From the NCBI GenBank assembly GCA_043228905.1, contig JBHGNT010000001.1:23932001-23996000 (forward strand): a stretch of DNA of 64,000 nt, written 5' to 3'. This DNA comes from Azolla caroliniana (lineage: Eukaryota > Plantae > Polypodiophyta). The first letter of the stretch is position 1. Every line of letters begins with the position of its first letter. The notes beneath the pieces were generated by a model. The model was given only the letters and a program-made list of their open reading frames with translations. It was not told the origin of the DNA and did no database searches. A program made the translations under genes and the position numbers. This document shows, in pieces, positions 61,600 through 64,000 of the stretch.

Positions 61600-62034
61600 C
61601 TGAGCAAATGCACAAATTACAGTTGGGTACAATGGTAGCATCATGCTCCACATACAAGGTGAACAAAGCATAATACCCTGAGAGTCTCAATTCAGATCAC
61701 AAGTTACAAAATTTGACAGAAGTTAAAAAAAACAGAAAATCATCATTATCGAGTTCTAGATGGTAAAGAGAATTTACATATACTTAAAGGAACATAACTC
61801 AACAACCCCGAAATCTTCTTTTGAGGATTGATAACGAAAACGTGTACAGTTTGTATAAGTATGGAACAACGAGAAGATTACAGGTTTACAACAAGAATCT
61901 AACACAGATTCTCCACTACTCTATACATCTAGTCCAAGTTCATCCCTAAGATTTGAACCTTCTTATTCTCAATAGCTATGGTTAAGAGAGCTCCAAATGG
62001 TTTTAAACAATAGTACCAGCTGTCCAATATTGAT

Positions 62035-62300
62035 TTATGGACATCTCGCAACTTGTCCTCTATGTCTGTCAACAACTTTGCTTAAAAGTATCTTCTGCTC
62101 GTGTTTTTTGGCTACACTTTCATCTCTATCATAAAATTGCCAATCAAATACATGAACGGCATTGAGGTTCCGTCCCTCCCAGAGTCGTTTGAACTCTTTG
62201 AAGGTCTTCTCAAAGTCGAATCCAAGACGATTATCAGGATCATGGTTATCCATCAAAAATTGATTCTCGATCTCTTTGAGGATGGTATTTATTGTTGTAA
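62035..62300 (-). other. Coding-like fragment of unknown origin
   Basis: Open frame ...INTILKEIENQFLMDNHDPDNRLGFDFEKTFKEFKRLWEGR...; protein-like composition, no family recognised. Confidence 0.3.
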
Positions 62301-62312
62301 TAAACTAATTAG

Positions 62313-64000
62313 TGTAAATAAGTAAATAAGAAAGTAAATACAAAACGTAACCTTATGATATGAAAAGGTGCACCCCAAAAATAGGGTGCACCTATAACCA
62401 CCACATTCTCTCTTTGTGGTCGGTTGGTTGGTTGTAGAGAGAGAGACAAACACACATTATCATAAAAACATTCTTTCTCCCTCTCTTTCTCTCTCTCCCT
62501 TTCTCCCTCTCTTTCTATTTCTCGTTTACCATATGGTATCAGAGCGGTGAAGGAGTCCAACCCCACCAAGATTTGTGTCGCGGTGTTAATAACGAACGTG
62601 CGAATTAAAGAAACGACTTTCGACCATGTCAAATGGTGGAGTGATAGCAAATGTGGCGGCAAATGCCGCCCAGGTATCGTCTCGCACTTATCATATTGAA
62701 AAATTGAATGATAAAAATTATCAACCATGGCGTATGACCATGGAAATTATATTAGAACAACATGACTTGTTAAAAATCGTCGATGGAACCGACGTGTGCC
62801 CCGACCCCACAAATGCACTTGGTGTGCAAACATGGAAGCGGCGTGATTTAAACGCTCGCTTAGAACTTCTCCTTCATATGGAGGACACACTTAAGCAAAG
62901 TGTGAGAACCTTGACTACCTCCAAACAAATATGGGATAGATTAGAGGCTGATTACCTCCATACGGACGTTACGTCCCAAGTTGCAAATTTAAAAACATTA
63001 ATAAATATGAATATGAATGAAAATGATGATGTTGATACATTCGTTAAAAATTGGAGACTTCGACTTGATGATGTAATCCTTTCAGGACTTAGTTTGCCAA
63101 GTTCCGTTCAATCTGCCCTCTTGTTAGCCGCCCTACCCCCATCATGGCAACCATTTATAAGTACAAAATCCACATCCGCCAACATTAGTGTCCCAACATT
63201 AGTTGCATCAATCTCACAAGAAAACATACTTCGTAGGGCAATAAATCAACCCTCCTCATCTCACACCGCACTTTATATCAAACATCCAAATTACAATAAA
63301 AAACCTTACAATAAACCTAAATCAACATACCAACCTAATAACTCCAAATTTTATTCACGAACCTCTAAATTTAACGATTCAAGGAATCATAACAAATCTA
63401 GGTTCCTTAGATCCTTTTGTAAAAATTGTCAAAGGAGCGGACATGAAACGAAAGATTGTTATAGGAATTCTAACAACGGGAAAAGAACATATAAAGAAGA
63501 CCAATCTTATAATGCATCTCATGATGACTACGATCCAAATAATCACATATGTGATAATGACCAAAATTCCGATGAAGATAATGAAGATTCTTTCATTGCC
63601 TTCATGGCCCTCACTTCATTTAACAATTCTCCCACTTCAACGTGGATTCTTGATACAGGTGCCACATGTCATCTCACCTCAAGAGTTGAATGGCTCAAAG
63701 ACTATAAGGCCTTAGAACATCCTTTCCCGGTTAGATTTGGGAACAATGGGGTTGAATATGCCCTTGGACATGGGACTGCTCATCTTGAACTTTCTGATGG
63801 GAACTTCATTGAAATCAATGAAGTTTACTATATACCTAACATAGCCAAAAACTTGATATCTGTCAATAAACTCACGAATGATAATACATCCGTCGAGTTT
63901 TATCACAAATATTGTATCATTCGTCATAAGACACCCTCTGGACGAGGCTATGTCGTCAATTGTCCAAGACAAGGATGTCTTTACCTTCTAGGCCGCTCTG
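62313..64000 (+). mobile_element. 5' end of Ty1/copia element E (short LTR ~62313-62531, PBS, intact gag-PR)
   Basis: TGTAAA...TTTACCA, then PBS TGGTATCAGAGC at 62534-62545. The LTR start is tentative. Confidence 0.85.
62626..64000 (+). CDS. Copia gag-protease polyprotein, open to the window end
   Basis: Stop-free frame from ATG 62626: IEKLNDKNYQPW, LLLAALPPSW, CKNCQRSGHETKDC, WILDTGATCHL, VYYIPNIAKNLISV. Confidence 0.9.
   Translation, partial: MSNGGVIANVAANAAQVSSRTYHIEKLNDKNYQPWRMTMEIILEQHDLLKIVDGTDVCPDPTNALGVQTWKRRDLNARLELLLHMEDTLKQSVRTLTTSKQIWDRLEADYLHTDVTSQVANLKTLINMNMNENDDVDTFVKNWRLRLDDVILSGLSLPSSVQSALLLAALPPSWQPFISTKSTSANISVPTLVASISQENILRRAINQPSSSHTALYIKHPNYNKKPYNKPKSTYQPNNSKFYSRTSKFNDSRNHNKSRFLRSFCKNCQRSGHETKDCYRNSNNGKRTYKEDQSYNASHDDYDPNNHICDNDQNSDEDNEDSFIAFMALTSFNNSPTSTWILDTGATCHLTSRVEWLKDYKALEHPFPVRFGNNGVEYALGHGTAHLELSDGNFIEINEVYYIPNIAKNLISVNKLTNDNTSVEFYHKYCIIRHKTPSGRGYVVNCPRQGCLYLLGRS

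Overview
Eukaryotic, almost certainly land-plant nuclear DNA. A non-seed plant such as a fern is my inference, based on a Tcn1-like chromovirus, RTE-X-like LINEs and GA-rich flanks. About 75% of the window is nested retrotransposons. There is one intact host gene, a spliced GONST1-like Golgi GDP-mannose transporter (+, ~10.2-14.3 kb). An orphan two-exon KOBITO1/ELD1 fragment lies with other unrelated exon-like pieces (-, 60-62.3 kb). Mobile elements in order: a chromovirus 3' half inserted in an L1 LINE; RTE-X-like LINEs (7.2-7.8, 15.4-19.8, 35.3-38.6 kb); an Athila-like Ty3/gypsy (19.85-35.2 kb) carrying a very young complete Ty1/copia, a solo LTR and a long extra 3' ORF; a second nest (gypsy > copia > tRNA-Trp-primed gypsy > deleted Athila-like copy) with a 1.9-kb chimeric duplication; copia remnants; and the 5' end of an apparently intact copia at the right edge. 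The most notable signals are: (i) a chromovirus LTR with two long heat-shock-element arrays and an antisense tRNA-like Pol III cassette; (ii) divergent LINEs sharing a conserved 3' stem-loop and sitting in (TC)n microsatellites; (iii) a -1 frameshift cassette after the protease in the Trp-primed gypsy; (iv) a ~950-aa accessory ORF after integrase. All calls were made by eye, without database searches.
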